Source: an uncultured Spirochaetia bacterium (lineage in GTDB: Bacteria > Desulfobacterota_D > UBA1144 > Nemesobacterales > UBA2774). From it: a DNA stretch of 64,000 bases. The position numbers and the translations under genes were made by a program. The notes beneath the pieces were generated by a model. That model was not told the origin of the DNA. It ran no database searches and was given only the letters and a program-made list of their open reading frames with translations. Position 1 is the first letter of the stretch. Every line of letters starts with the position of its first letter. The DNA lies in contig CAZUDM010000004.1 in NCBI GenBank assembly GCA_964618635.1, forward strand, positions 10,739 to 74,738, written 5' to 3'. Below, in pieces: positions 19,286 to 29,324 of this stretch.

Positions 19286-20329
19286 ATGCGAAAGAATTCT
19301 CTCGATAACAGGGTTATATCTTTTAAATATGCGGTCTTGCCGATCCTGATACTGGCTGTGTTTTCCGTAAACGCATACGGCCAGAAATGGAGCGGCGCGA
19401 GGCCGGACGGGCATGCACCCGTAGGCGTAATGGGGGACCACACACACCACGCGGGGAGATTCATGCTTTCTTACCGGTACATGTACATGAGCATGGACGG
19501 CATAAGAACGGGGACGAACAATGTGAGCAGCCGGCAAGTCCTCAAGGACTACATGGTCGCGCCCCTCGAAATGGACATGCAGATGCACATGCTCGGGTTG
19601 ATGTACGCAGCCACGGATTATCTCTCCATCATGGGCATGGTGCCGTACATAAAAAAATCCATGAACCACCTGACAAGGATGGGGGAGCGCTTTAAAACCG
19701 AATCCGAGGGTTTCGGGGACATCAAGCTGACGGGGCTCGTAAAGGTTTTCGACAATTACGCCCAGCGAATACACCTGAGCGCCGGGATGAGCTTCCCGAC
19801 GGGCTCGATCGACGAGAAAGACGATACGCCCATGGGCCCTCATCTGCTTTCCTACCCCATGCAGCTGGGCTCGGGGACATTCGATCTGCTGCCGGGGATT
19901 ACGTACCTCGGCCAGCACAGTAACGTTTCCTGGGGCGCTCAGGTCAGCGGGGTCATAAGACTCGGGGAGAACGACAGGGACTACAGGCTCGGCAACAGGC
20001 TCGACGCGACGGCCTGGGGGGCTTACGACTGGTTTAACTGGGTGAGCACGTCGGCCAGAATGGACTGGCAGTCGTGGGGGAATGTCCACGGGGCCGACCC
20101 TGCGCTCGATCCCGCCATGATGCCCGGCGCCAATCCGCACAATCAGGGCGGCAACCGCCTCGACCTGCTTTTCGGAATGAATTTTTATGTGCCCGAAGGC
20201 CCGAAGCTTATAAAAGGACAGAGACTGGCCGTGGAGTTCGGGTTCCCGATCTATCAGGACCTGGACGGGCCGCAGCTCGAAACCGACTGGGTGCTCTGGC
20301 TCGGATGGCAATACGGCTGGATGTTCTGA
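19286..20329 (+). CDS. Outer-membrane beta-barrel protein (MetA/phenol-degradation-like transporter family), Met/His-rich loops
   Basis: Signal peptide (ILILAVFSVNAYG) and C-terminal ...WQYGWMF aromatic terminus. There are multiple HxxH/M-rich segments (GDHTHHAGRFMLSYRYMYMSMDG, MDMQMHMLGLMY). Confidence 0.6.
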   Translation: MRKNSLDNRVISFKYAVLPILILAVFSVNAYGQKWSGARPDGHAPVGVMGDHTHHAGRFMLSYRYMYMSMDGIRTGTNNVSSRQVLKDYMVAPLEMDMQMHMLGLMYAATDYLSIMGMVPYIKKSMNHLTRMGERFKTESEGFGDIKLTGLVKVFDNYAQRIHLSAGMSFPTGSIDEKDDTPMGPHLLSYPMQLGSGTFDLLPGITYLGQHSNVSWGAQVSGVIRLGENDRDYRLGNRLDATAWGAYDWFNWVSTSARMDWQSWGNVHGADPALDPAMMPGANPHNQGGNRLDLLFGMNFYVPEGPKLIKGQRLAVEFGFPIYQDLDGPQLETDWVLWLGWQYGWMF

Positions 20330-20386
20330 CGGCAGTGAAGTAGCACCGGCCGGCACAATTCGGACTATCGAATTTACCGGCCGGTC

Positions 20387-22966
20387 TCATATCTTCTTTT
20401 TCATCCCGGCCGTTATGGACTGGCGGGTCGTGAAGAAGTCTTTCCAGGGATCCTGCTTCAGGGAAGAAAGTCTCTGCCTCAGGTTTTCGACGTTGTATTT
20501 ATTCGGCGCGAGGCTTGGGGAGAGCTCGTCCCACGTTATCGGAGTGGAGACCGGTGCGCCTTTCCGCGCCCGCGTGGAATATGCGGCGACGGCGGTGGCG
20601 TCGCGGTTGTTCCGGAGGTAATCGATGAATATCTTTCCCTTTCGTTTTGCCTTGCTCATGGTAGCAATATATTTGTCGGGCTCAAGCCTCACCATCTCGT
20701 CGGCGACGGACTTCGAAAACGATTTCATCTCGTCCCAGCCCGAGCGGCGCTCGAGCGGTACGACGACGTGAAGGCCCTTCCCTCCCGAGGTTTTGACGAA
20801 GCTCCGGAGTCCGAGACCGTCGAGTATGTCCCTCAGCTTAAATGCGGCGTCGACGACGCTATCATAGGAAACGCCTTCGCCGGGGTCGAGGTCGAAGACC
20901 ATGCGATCGGGCTTTTCGAGGTTGTCGATGCGGCTCCCCCACGGGTGGATTTCGAGGACGCCTATCTGCACCAACGATATGAGACCTTTCAAATCCTTTA
21001 TGGAGATATAGGTTCTGTCGGTTTCCTTGCCCTCTATGGAGACGCCGTAGATAGCTTCCGGCAGGCCTTCGCCGACGTTCTTCTGATAGAAGCACTGGCT
21101 CTGGCTCCCGCCGGGGCAGCGGACTATAGTCAGCGGGCGGTTTACTACGTGGGGAAGAATCCAGTCGGCGATGTCGGCGTAGAACTGTGCGAGCTCGGCC
21201 TTCGTGAGGCCCTGATCAGGGTATAAAACCCTGTCGGGATTCGTAAGATGAACGCCGGCGACTGTATCGGCGGCGGGGTTTGTTTGCCTGTCATTCTCTT
21301 TCGTCATTGTTTCCTCCCCGAAGCTTCGCTCACGTATTATTTCCCTTGCGGGCTTGTCTTCGCGGAGACCCTTGAAAGAAGGGTGGCGAAGGATATCGTC
21401 GTCTGTCCATTCGGTGAATTCCACCTCGGCGACGAGCTCGGGGCGAACCCAGTGTACGCCGCGCGCGTCGGCCCCGGTGGGCGGATTCACGAACGGCGAA
21501 TTTTTTTGCGGTATGGCGTCGAGCTGTTTTCTAATGCTCTTTAAGGACTTCGAATCGAATCCGGTTCCGACGCCTCCGCAGTAAACGAGCGCGCCGTCGC
21601 CGTCGTGATAGCCGAGGAGGAGCGAGCCGAACCCTGCGCGGGAGGCCTTCGTGCTGAGTTTGTAGCCGCCGATGACGAACTCCTGGCGCTTGTGGCATTT
21701 GACCTTCAGCCAGTCGCGGGTGCGGCGCTGGACGTAGGGCGCTGCCGCGCGCTTGGAGACGATCCCTTCGAGAGACATGCTGCACGCGTTCTCGAATACG
21801 GCGTCGCCTTTGCCGACGATATGGTCGCTGTAACGCAGGGCTCCGGATTTCCCGGAGCCGTTCAGTATTTTTCTGAGAAGGGTTTTGCGGTCGATGAGCG
21901 GCGCGCGCGTCAAATCGAAACCGTCATGGTAAAGGAGGTCGAATACGAAATAGTGGAGCGCGCCCTTCCGGGATTCTTTGAGCGCGTTCTGGAGGGCCTG
22001 AAAGTCGGAGATGCCGTCCTTGTTAAGGACGACCGCCTCGCCGTCGAGAACCGCGTTCTTTACAGGTAGGGTTTTCAGCACGTCGGCGATACCGCCGAAC
22101 CTGGCTGTCCAGTCCTTCCCGTTACGGGTCAGTATCCGGACCTTGCCGCCGTCGAGCACCGAGATGAGGCGGTATCCGTCGAACTTGACCTCGTGGAGCC
22201 AGCCGTCCCCTGAAGGAGGGCTGTCCACGAGGGTTGCGAGCTCGGGGCTAATCTCCTCCGGGAGCTTTGATTTCCGTGCTCCGGTGAGCGCGGCCGGGTC
22301 GGGTAAATCTTTGTCGGGCTCGGGGTCGTTCGGCTTCTCTTTTCCCCGGGGCGATCGAGCGCGTTTGGGTTTATCGCTCTGCCAGACCTTGCCGCCGGCA
22401 GCCGCAATCTCTTTCATCGTGCGCCCGCTCGCGGCGCTCAACGGGTATTCGTCGACGACGCTTTTTCCGCCTCTCCGTGAATAGTCGTCCTTCATTTTAA
22501 TGAGGAGCCAGTTGTTTTTATCCTCGTTTGCGCGCCGGGCCATTCTGACGAGTGCCCATTCCCCCCTGAGCTTCTCCCCGTGAAGATAGAATTCGAGCCT
22601 GCCGTCGCGGAGCCCTTTTCGGGGGTCCTTTAGAGGCTCCCAGGTGCCGCGGTCCCAGAGCATGACCGTTCCTCCGCCGTAGTTCCCTTCAGGGATGATG
22701 CCCTCGAAGGAGCCGTAGCTTACGGGATGGTCCTCGACCTCGACGGCGAGGCGTTTGTCCGCCGGGTCGAGACTCGGCCCTTTGGGCACCGCCCAGCTCT
22801 TGAGAACGCCGCCTAACTCCAAGCGGAAGTCGTAATGAAGCCGGCTCGCGTCGTGCTTCTGGATTATATAGAGATTTCCGGCTCCGGATTTTTTTATCTT
22901 TCCCTCGGGCTCGGGGGTGAGCTCGAATTTCCGCTTCCGTTTATATTCGTTGAGTCCGCCGCTCAT
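20387..22966 (-). CDS. ligD: Multidomain NHEJ DNA ligase D (phosphoesterase + ATP-dependent ligase + polymerase/primase)
   Basis: N-terminal PE domain (FVIQKHDASRLHYDFRLE...), ligase motif I context (EVKFDGYR), and C-terminal LigD polymerase domain. 859 aa. Confidence 0.9.
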   Translation of the reverse strand: MSGGLNEYKRKRKFELTPEPEGKIKKSGAGNLYIIQKHDASRLHYDFRLELGGVLKSWAVPKGPSLDPADKRLAVEVEDHPVSYGSFEGIIPEGNYGGGTVMLWDRGTWEPLKDPRKGLRDGRLEFYLHGEKLRGEWALVRMARRANEDKNNWLLIKMKDDYSRRGGKSVVDEYPLSAASGRTMKEIAAAGGKVWQSDKPKRARSPRGKEKPNDPEPDKDLPDPAALTGARKSKLPEEISPELATLVDSPPSGDGWLHEVKFDGYRLISVLDGGKVRILTRNGKDWTARFGGIADVLKTLPVKNAVLDGEAVVLNKDGISDFQALQNALKESRKGALHYFVFDLLYHDGFDLTRAPLIDRKTLLRKILNGSGKSGALRYSDHIVGKGDAVFENACSMSLEGIVSKRAAAPYVQRRTRDWLKVKCHKRQEFVIGGYKLSTKASRAGFGSLLLGYHDGDGALVYCGGVGTGFDSKSLKSIRKQLDAIPQKNSPFVNPPTGADARGVHWVRPELVAEVEFTEWTDDDILRHPSFKGLREDKPAREIIRERSFGEETMTKENDRQTNPAADTVAGVHLTNPDRVLYPDQGLTKAELAQFYADIADWILPHVVNRPLTIVRCPGGSQSQCFYQKNVGEGLPEAIYGVSIEGKETDRTYISIKDLKGLISLVQIGVLEIHPWGSRIDNLEKPDRMVFDLDPGEGVSYDSVVDAAFKLRDILDGLGLRSFVKTSGGKGLHVVVPLERRSGWDEMKSFSKSVADEMVRLEPDKYIATMSKAKRKGKIFIDYLRNNRDATAVAAYSTRARKGAPVSTPITWDELSPSLAPNKYNVENLRQRLSSLKQDPWKDFFTTRQSITAGMKKKI

Positions 22967-22972
22967 AGTGCA

Positions 22973-23845
22973 TCATCCGGTTTTTTTCCTGGAGCCGGAA
23001 GGTTTTTTCCTCTTCGAGCTCGCCGTTTTTCCGCGGGGCTTGCTGCCGCTGCCCTTGTCCTGGACGCTTTTCTTCAGAAGCTCCATCATGTCTATGACCT
23101 TGCCGCCTTCTTCTTCGGGCTCCTCGGCGCTTTCCGGCGGGACTTCAGCTCCTCCTGACTTCGCCTTCTTTTGAATCCATTCCATGAGCTCGGCGCGGTA
23201 TTCGTCCTTATACTTATCAGGCTGCCATTCCGTGGTCATGGCCTCGACCAGATTTTCAGCAAGGTCGACTTCCTTCTTCGTGACCTTGTAGTCGGAGAGG
23301 CCGCCCTCTGGGAGGTCGAATTCGCCGGGGCTTCGGAGCTCCTGCTGAAAGCGAAGAAGCTCGAGAACGAGGACGTCTTCCATTGCGAAGAGGGCCGACA
23401 GGTACTCCCTCGTATGGATCACGACTTTGGCGATTCCGACCTTGCCCGTGTTCCGGAGGACTTCGCGGAGGAGGACGTAGCCCTTCTGATTTTTCTTGTC
23501 GGGCGCTACGAAATAGGGCTTGTCGAAGTAGACGTAATCAATCGAATCCCGATCGACGAAATCCTCTATCTCTATGGTTCGGGTAGCCTCGACCGCCACT
23601 TTCTTGAATTCCTCGTCGTCGACGATGACGTATTTATCGTCGTCGTATTCGTAGCCTTTGACTATCTGATCCCACGGGACTTCCTCGCCCGTGACTTCGT
23701 TCACACGGGAATAGCGTATTTTAGCCTTGTCCCGGCTGTCGAGGAGCTTGAAGTGGAGGTCGAACCGTTTTTCAGCGGAGTAAAGGGTTATGGGAATGCT
23801 TACGAGACCGAATGAAATGTGACCCTTCCATATTGGACGCGCCAT
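22973..23845 (-). CDS. ku: Ku DNA end-binding protein
   Basis: MARPIWKGHISFGLVSIPITLYSA... is the canonical bacterial Ku N-terminus. Basic Lys-rich C-terminal tail. Confidence 0.9.
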   Translation of the reverse strand: MARPIWKGHISFGLVSIPITLYSAEKRFDLHFKLLDSRDKAKIRYSRVNEVTGEEVPWDQIVKGYEYDDDKYVIVDDEEFKKVAVEATRTIEIEDFVDRDSIDYVYFDKPYFVAPDKKNQKGYVLLREVLRNTGKVGIAKVVIHTREYLSALFAMEDVLVLELLRFQQELRSPGEFDLPEGGLSDYKVTKKEVDLAENLVEAMTTEWQPDKYKDEYRAELMEWIQKKAKSGGAEVPPESAEEPEEEGGKVIDMMELLKKSVQDKGSGSKPRGKTASSKRKKPSGSRKKTG

Positions 23846-23973
23846 TTTAGTCTGCCTCCCGAATGTCGAGGGGCCGGAGACGGGCGGGCGAAAGCCCCGC
23901 GCAGCGGAACTCCGGACCTTATGCCTAATTTTACTTCATATACGAGCCAAACATAACTGAAATCGGAGGCGGA

Positions 23974-23989
23974 GCATGCATATGCATGC
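23974..23989. promoter_or_regulatory. 16-bp perfect palindrome GCATGCATATGCATGC in the Ku/LigD upstream region
   Basis: Exact dyad symmetry 129 bp upstream of the ku start, in the osmC-ku intergenic region. Confidence 0.4.
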
Positions 23990-24119
23990 ATGGGAATGGG
24001 GTGGGAAGCAGCCGTATCCGGCATTTCTCCAGGTATGGGCGCACGGAGACAGCCTGTAATTCCCCCTGACCGGCACGGCGGCTATACGTGTTATAAGCCT
24101 CCCGATGCGGGCATTGCAA

Positions 24120-24545
24120 TCAGCTTTCGAGAGCGGCGTCGAGCGTGATGTCGGCCTTCAAGAGCCTGGAGACGGGGCAGCCCTTTTTCGCGTTGTCCGC
24201 CGCTTTCTGGAACGTCTCGTTGTCGGCGCCGGGAATTTTCGCCCTGAGGTCGAGGTGGACGGCCGTGATAGCGAAACCCTGGTCAGTCTTTTCAAGGCTC
24301 ACGGCAGCCGTCGTTTTAATGCTGTCGGCGATGAGGTTAAAGTTGGCGAGCTCGAGCGAGAGCGCCATGGAGAAGCAGCCCGCGTGGGCAGCCGCTATGA
24401 GCTCCTCGGGATTCGTACCCTTGCCGTCTTCGAAACGGGTCGAAAAAGAATACTGTGTCGAAGAGAGCACACCACTCTCGGTCGATATCGTTCCCTTGCC
24501 GCCTTTCAAATCCCCTTTCCATTCAGCGGATGCCTTTCTTTTCAT
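24120..24545 (-). CDS. osmC: OsmC family peroxiredoxin
   Basis: 141 aa. Two conserved Cys in AAHAGCF and KKGCPVS. Confidence 0.85.
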   Translation of the reverse strand: MKRKASAEWKGDLKGGKGTISTESGVLSSTQYSFSTRFEDGKGTNPEELIAAAHAGCFSMALSLELANFNLIADSIKTTAAVSLEKTDQGFAITAVHLDLRAKIPGADNETFQKAADNAKKGCPVSRLLKADITLDAALES

Positions 24546-24745
24546 GATTCCTCCCGCCAGTGATATTCACCGGGATTTTATAAAGTTTATAATTCTATTA
24601 TACCGAAGCGCCCGGGATTTACCCGCCGGAAAGGCAGGCGTCGTTTTCACGTCCCTGACCGCGATTCGATTCTTCCAGGGGCGGCTTTACAAATCCGGCC
24701 GGGCAAGTATTATAATGAGTGAGTACTCACTCATAGGAGGCGGCA

Positions 24746-25984
24746 TTGAAGAAGATAGGCAGCGAGAACGAGGATACGATATTCGATCCGCCGATGAGAC
24801 CGTTTTTCATCCTGGCGACCGTGGCCGCGATATATTATCTCGTTCTGTGGACCGCTTATTACACGTTCAAAATCAAGCTCAATTTCGTAAGCATGTCGCC
24901 GCTTATGTGGCACGCGCACGAGATGATATTCGGCTACTCGGTAGCCGTGCTGGCCGGGTTCCTGCTGACTATAGAGAGGTACTGGTCGGGCCTCGTCATA
25001 AATAAAAAATCCGTTCTCATTCTTCTGCTATGCCTTTGGATATTGGCGAGGGTGTTTTTGTCGCTTACGCTGGTGACGGACGTTTCCTATAAAATCAGCG
25101 CGGTATTCGACTGCCTCTTTCTAGTGATACTGACATTGAGGGTGCTCTACCCCGTAATCAAATCGCATAACTGGGAAAAAATCGCCCTCGTAGCGCACCT
25201 CGCAATCATAGCGGCGAGCAACGTGATTTTTTATCTCGGAGTGGCGGGCGTGCTGCCGAACGGACAGCGCTGGGGCATTTATTCGGGCCTCTACATGATC
25301 ATATCGATAATAGTTTTGATGGGAAGGAGGATGATCCCGATATTCATCCGGAACGGTCTCAAGTTTACGTTCGAGCCGAAAAATCGAAGGGGAATCGATA
25401 TACTGAGCGTTATCTTCTTCCTCCTCTTCTATTTCCTGGAAGTTTTTTTCGGGAGCGGGAAGCCGGCGTCGATAACCGCCGGGGTGCTTGCGGTTATATA
25501 TGCCGTGAGGCTTTACGGCTGGTATTCGAACGGCATCTGGGGAAAGCCGATGCTGTGGGTTCTCTTCGTGGCGTACGCGTGGATAGTCGTCGGGTTCGGG
25601 CTCAAGTTCCTTTCGCTTTACTTCACCATTCCCCAGATGCCCGCCCTTCACAGCTTCGTTTACGGCGGCATAGGGATAATGACGATCGGTTTCATGGCCC
25701 GCGTTACCCTCGGGCACACGGGGCGAAACGTATTCGAGCCGCCGGGGATAGTGTTCTGGATTTTCTCCATACTGCTGACGGGGGCTATAGTCAGGGTGTT
25801 CTTCCCGATGGCGGACATGGGTCATTACCTCCTATGGATTGCGGTGTCGCAGGTGTTGTGGATCCTGGCGTTCTCCATATTCGCGGTGGTGTTCATACCG
25901 ATGCTGTGGAATCCGCCTCTCAATAGCGGGACGGGGGTATCTCACGCGCACAGCAAGATGCGTGACGAAGTGGCGCGGTCCTAG
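24746..25984 (+). CDS. nnrS: NnrS family membrane protein (NO-response haem-copper protein)
   Basis: 412 aa, about 12 TM helices, conserved WHAHEMIFGY motif. Confidence 0.8.
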   Translation: MKKIGSENEDTIFDPPMRPFFILATVAAIYYLVLWTAYYTFKIKLNFVSMSPLMWHAHEMIFGYSVAVLAGFLLTIERYWSGLVINKKSVLILLLCLWILARVFLSLTLVTDVSYKISAVFDCLFLVILTLRVLYPVIKSHNWEKIALVAHLAIIAASNVIFYLGVAGVLPNGQRWGIYSGLYMIISIIVLMGRRMIPIFIRNGLKFTFEPKNRRGIDILSVIFFLLFYFLEVFFGSGKPASITAGVLAVIYAVRLYGWYSNGIWGKPMLWVLFVAYAWIVVGFGLKFLSLYFTIPQMPALHSFVYGGIGIMTIGFMARVTLGHTGRNVFEPPGIVFWIFSILLTGAIVRVFFPMADMGHYLLWIAVSQVLWILAFSIFAVVFIPMLWNPPLNSGTGVSHAHSKMRDEVARS

Positions 25985-26021
25985 GGGAGCCTGTCGCGCC
26001 CGGATGCCGGAGGGCTACGTT

Positions 26022-27107
26022 TCATGAAATTAACCGCGCCGTGTCGGGTTTCGGATTGGCTCTGCAGTTACGGGATTCGAAATCGAGCAGCCATTTTTTT
26101 CTGAAAAGACCGCCGCCATACCCGGCCAATTGGCCATAGGAGCCAATCACCCTGTGACAGGGAATAACGATTGATATGCGATTCTGGCCGTTTGCCGAAG
26201 CGACGGCCCTGACCGCTTTCGGATTGCCTATCGCCACGGCCTGCTGTTTATAAGACCTTGTCTCTCCGTAAGGTATTTCCCGGAGAACTTTCCAGACCGA
26301 CTGCTGAAAGTCGGTGCCGGGCGTATGCAGAGCGATTGTGAATTGCCGCCTTTTCCCCTCGAAATACTCGGCCAGCTCGGACTGAACCCTGACCAGGTGA
26401 TCGTTTTCCCCCGGCAGGATGACCGCGCAGAGTCTTTTACGCAGGTCTTTGAATTCCGTTTCCAGCATTTTTCTATCCGTAAATTCAAGGAGGCATAAGC
26501 CGTCTTTCGTGGCGCAGGCGAACATGGGACCGAGCGGCGTCGTAAAGCGGACTATATTGATTATCGTCTTGTCCCTGTTTTCGGAAGCGGGGCCGCCGAA
26601 TATAGACCGGTAGCTGTCGTTAAAACCGCTCAGGGACTTGTACCCGTTACCGAACGCCGAATTCGTAATAGTCTCTCCCCCTTTGATCTCGTTGTATGCG
26701 CTGTTGATTCGCAGCATTCGCTGATAAGCATGGAAAGTCATGTTGTGATATTTCTTGAACCATCGCCTGATCTGACTGGGCTCGATGCCCCTCTTTTGTA
26801 AATCGAAGTCCCTGATTCGAAGGTATGGGCTTTCGTTAAGCTCAGCGATGACGGACTTGATATAGGCCGGGGTTTCTTCCATATTCTCCATGGGCTTACA
26901 TATCTTGCAGGGCCTGAACCCGTGCTGCAGCGCTTCCCTGGCCGTATCGAAAAAGACAACGTTTTCGGGTTTCGGCTTTCTCGCGCGGCACGAAGGACGG
27001 CAGAAAATCCCGGTTGTTTTGACGGCCGTAATGAATACGCCTTCGAACAACTTGCTCTGTTTGCCGATGGCGTCGTATTTATCCTGAAATGTCAGCTCGT
27101 TTCTCAT
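26022..27107 (-). CDS. ada: Ada-type bifunctional regulator/methyltransferase (Zn methylphosphotriester domain + AraC HTH + O6-methylguanine-DNA methyltransferase)
   Basis: N-terminal FCRPSCRARKP...CKIC Cys4 zinc site, AraC-type HTH, and C-terminal PCHRVI active-site motif. Confidence 0.85.
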   Translation of the reverse strand: MRNELTFQDKYDAIGKQSKLFEGVFITAVKTTGIFCRPSCRARKPKPENVVFFDTAREALQHGFRPCKICKPMENMEETPAYIKSVIAELNESPYLRIRDFDLQKRGIEPSQIRRWFKKYHNMTFHAYQRMLRINSAYNEIKGGETITNSAFGNGYKSLSGFNDSYRSIFGGPASENRDKTIINIVRFTTPLGPMFACATKDGLCLLEFTDRKMLETEFKDLRKRLCAVILPGENDHLVRVQSELAEYFEGKRRQFTIALHTPGTDFQQSVWKVLREIPYGETRSYKQQAVAIGNPKAVRAVASANGQNRISIVIPCHRVIGSYGQLAGYGGGLFRKKWLLDFESRNCRANPKPDTARLIS

Positions 27108-27186
27108 ATTATAAATATTAAAGGGGGCGGCCCGGTTCGGCTACCGAAAAATCGACAAGTAAATTCCGTATGAGGCGGCGTTTTTT

Positions 27187-28122
27187 CTAGGGGAGCTTGT
27201 CGCGCTCGAGAGCAGCGCGATCCCACTTTGCGAGATCGGCGGCCGCTTCGTATGTGCTCTGAAGGAAGCCGAGAAGCGCGGCGTCGGGGTCTTTAGCGTT
27301 TCTGACCTCGTCGTAGGGCAGGAGGAACTCCCCGAGGTCGCTGCTGTAAAATGCCCCTTTGGGCTTTATTTTATAGTCTTTGAAACCCTCCGGCGCGGGG
27401 TAGGCGTAGGCGTAATAAGCCGGGTAGTCGATTGCTCCGCCGCCGGGCCAGAAGCCGCAGCTCGAGACTTCGTGGGAATAGGCCTCGCGCGCGACGACGT
27501 CGGGCATGTGGGGGACGCCGCCCGGATGCGGCGGGGCCGTGCGGCCGGAAAAGCGCGTGACGGCGAGGTCGAAGCTCCCCCAGAAGAAATGCACGGGGCT
27601 GCACTTGCCTATGAAGTGCGCCCTGAACTCCTTAAAGACCCTGTCGGACTGGACGAGCACGCGCCAGAAGCGGTTGGCATAGTCGGCGTCGTAGGAGGCG
27701 TGAGTCGTATCTTCCTCGAACGGTATCGGATCGGGGATTTCGTTGGGCGTCGTGTGTATGGCGACGTCGATGCCGACGCTCTTCAAGGCGGACATGACTT
27801 CGGCGTAGAAATCAGCCACAGTGCGCGGGCGGAGGTCGATAAGGCGGACGTTGCCGTCGCTGGTTTCGATGACGAGCTTGTGGTCGACGAAGTCGAAATC
27901 TATCTGAAATGTTTTAAGTCCGTATGGCACGGGAGATGTCGTGAGGCCGCGGGACGTGACGTAGAGCGTGACGTGCCAGGAATGATTTACCCACGGGGTT
28001 TGGGAGAGCCTGATCTTGCCGACGATTTGGGTCCACATGTGAAGAGTGGCGCAAGTGTCCTTCCATTCGTCCAGCGGAAGTGTGGGCCAGGGATCGATAT
28101 TGCCGGGGTATACAGGCGTCAT
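27187..28122 (-). CDS. Conserved hypothetical protein (DUF5996-like), upstream of ada
   Basis: 311 aa. No catalytic motif recognised. Family assignment is from memory of a conserved N-terminal W/H-rich segment. Confidence 0.5.
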   Translation of the reverse strand: MTPVYPGNIDPWPTLPLDEWKDTCATLHMWTQIVGKIRLSQTPWVNHSWHVTLYVTSRGLTTSPVPYGLKTFQIDFDFVDHKLVIETSDGNVRLIDLRPRTVADFYAEVMSALKSVGIDVAIHTTPNEIPDPIPFEEDTTHASYDADYANRFWRVLVQSDRVFKEFRAHFIGKCSPVHFFWGSFDLAVTRFSGRTAPPHPGGVPHMPDVVAREAYSHEVSSCGFWPGGGAIDYPAYYAYAYPAPEGFKDYKIKPKGAFYSSDLGEFLLPYDEVRNAKDPDAALLGFLQSTYEAAADLAKWDRAALERDKLP

Positions 28123-28227
28123 GGACGGGCCTCCTGCAAGCTGCTTTATCTCACTACCCTCAATTATAGCACATACCCGGACGGCGGCAGGGATGGATTC
28201 ATCAGAGGAGCCGTTTGCCGGACAGGC

Positions 28228-28692
28228 TTAATTACTGAAGGGGTTTTTCTCGTTTGCGAGGTCCTTGAGGGGGACAGTGACTATCGCGTTCCTCGCGTTT
28301 TCGAACTTGAGAAAGATTTCTATACCGTCGATTTCGCCCAAAGGAGCTTTAATGTCTTCGAGCATTATGTGTGGCCCGCCCGGCTCGAGGCTAACCCTGC
28401 CGCCCGCGGGAACGGTTATGGAGTCCACGACCTCCATCGTCTTTTTGCCGCTGGCGTCGGTTTTGATCGTATGGAGAACGGCCTTCCCGGCTACCGCGCT
28501 CGTTACACCGACCAGCTTTGCGTCTTCCTCACCAGGATTGGTTACTATGAGATACACTGCGACGGAATCTCCTGTCGAGGATACATCGGCTATGCGTATA
28601 TCCTTCACATATACCTTGTTTTGACTATTCTGACTGTATGAGAGGGAGGTCATGATAAAGAGGACGGCCAGGGTATAAATGTACTTTTTCAT
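28228..28692 (-). CDS. Periplasmic copper chaperone PCu(A)C (DUF461)
   Basis: Signal peptide plus H...M motifs (GGPHIML, VLHTIKT, MEV) characteristic of PCuAC. Confidence 0.7.
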   Translation of the reverse strand: MKKYIYTLAVLFIMTSLSYSQNSQNKVYVKDIRIADVSSTGDSVAVYLIVTNPGEEDAKLVGVTSAVAGKAVLHTIKTDASGKKTMEVVDSITVPAGGRVSLEPGGPHIMLEDIKAPLGEIDGIEIFLKFENARNAIVTVPLKDLANEKNPFSN

Positions 28693-28741
28693 CGAATCTC
28701 CTTTTCGCGCCCGGGGCGGCGATATAAAAATATTAGCACAA

Positions 28742-29260
28742 CTATCGGGAAGACCCAGGCTTCGGGTATTTACAGGACAGCCATATGAGGACGAGGCCGG
28801 CTATCGGGATGATTATGTCGGACGGAAGGACGAGGCCGACGTTGCCGGGGGAGTAGTTGTTCGCGGCTATCATCTCGTATATATGTCCGCCGGCTGCGCC
28901 GAGCGAAAAGACGGCAGGAGGGATGAAGGCGGCGAAACGAAACGGCAGGCCGGCGCGGAAAGCGAGCACTCCCGCGATGCCTATACCGAGGCTCGCGAAG
29001 CCGACCTCCCTTTGAAAGGGGCTGTCGGCCCAGCCGATGAACCGCGCCGTCATCTCTCCGAAAAAGACGTGAAAGACGAAATTGATCAGGTTGCTTATCC
29101 CTATGGGAAGAAGCATGTACCAGGAGAGGAACGCTTCGACTTTTATGTTCTTCGTATGGGGTTTGGGTTTCCGCAGGAGCGAAATCCATGCCGCAAGAAG
29201 GCCGAGCACGAATGTCGTGAAAAAGTAGTTTCCAATGACAAAAGCTATTGCATCTCTCAT
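28742..29260 (-). CDS. Hypothetical integral membrane protein
   Basis: 172 aa, about 5 predicted TM segments. Confidence 0.5.
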   Translation of the reverse strand: MRDAIAFVIGNYFFTTFVLGLLAAWISLLRKPKPHTKNIKVEAFLSWYMLLPIGISNLINFVFHVFFGEMTARFIGWADSPFQREVGFASLGIGIAGVLAFRAGLPFRFAAFIPPAVFSLGAAGGHIYEMIAANNYSPGNVGLVLPSDIIIPIAGLVLIWLSCKYPKPGSSR

Positions 29261-29324
29261 TGCGATTGTCGGCGGCTGAATTTATACAATTATGATGCGC
29301 GCACGAGGGATATTCAACGGCCGC

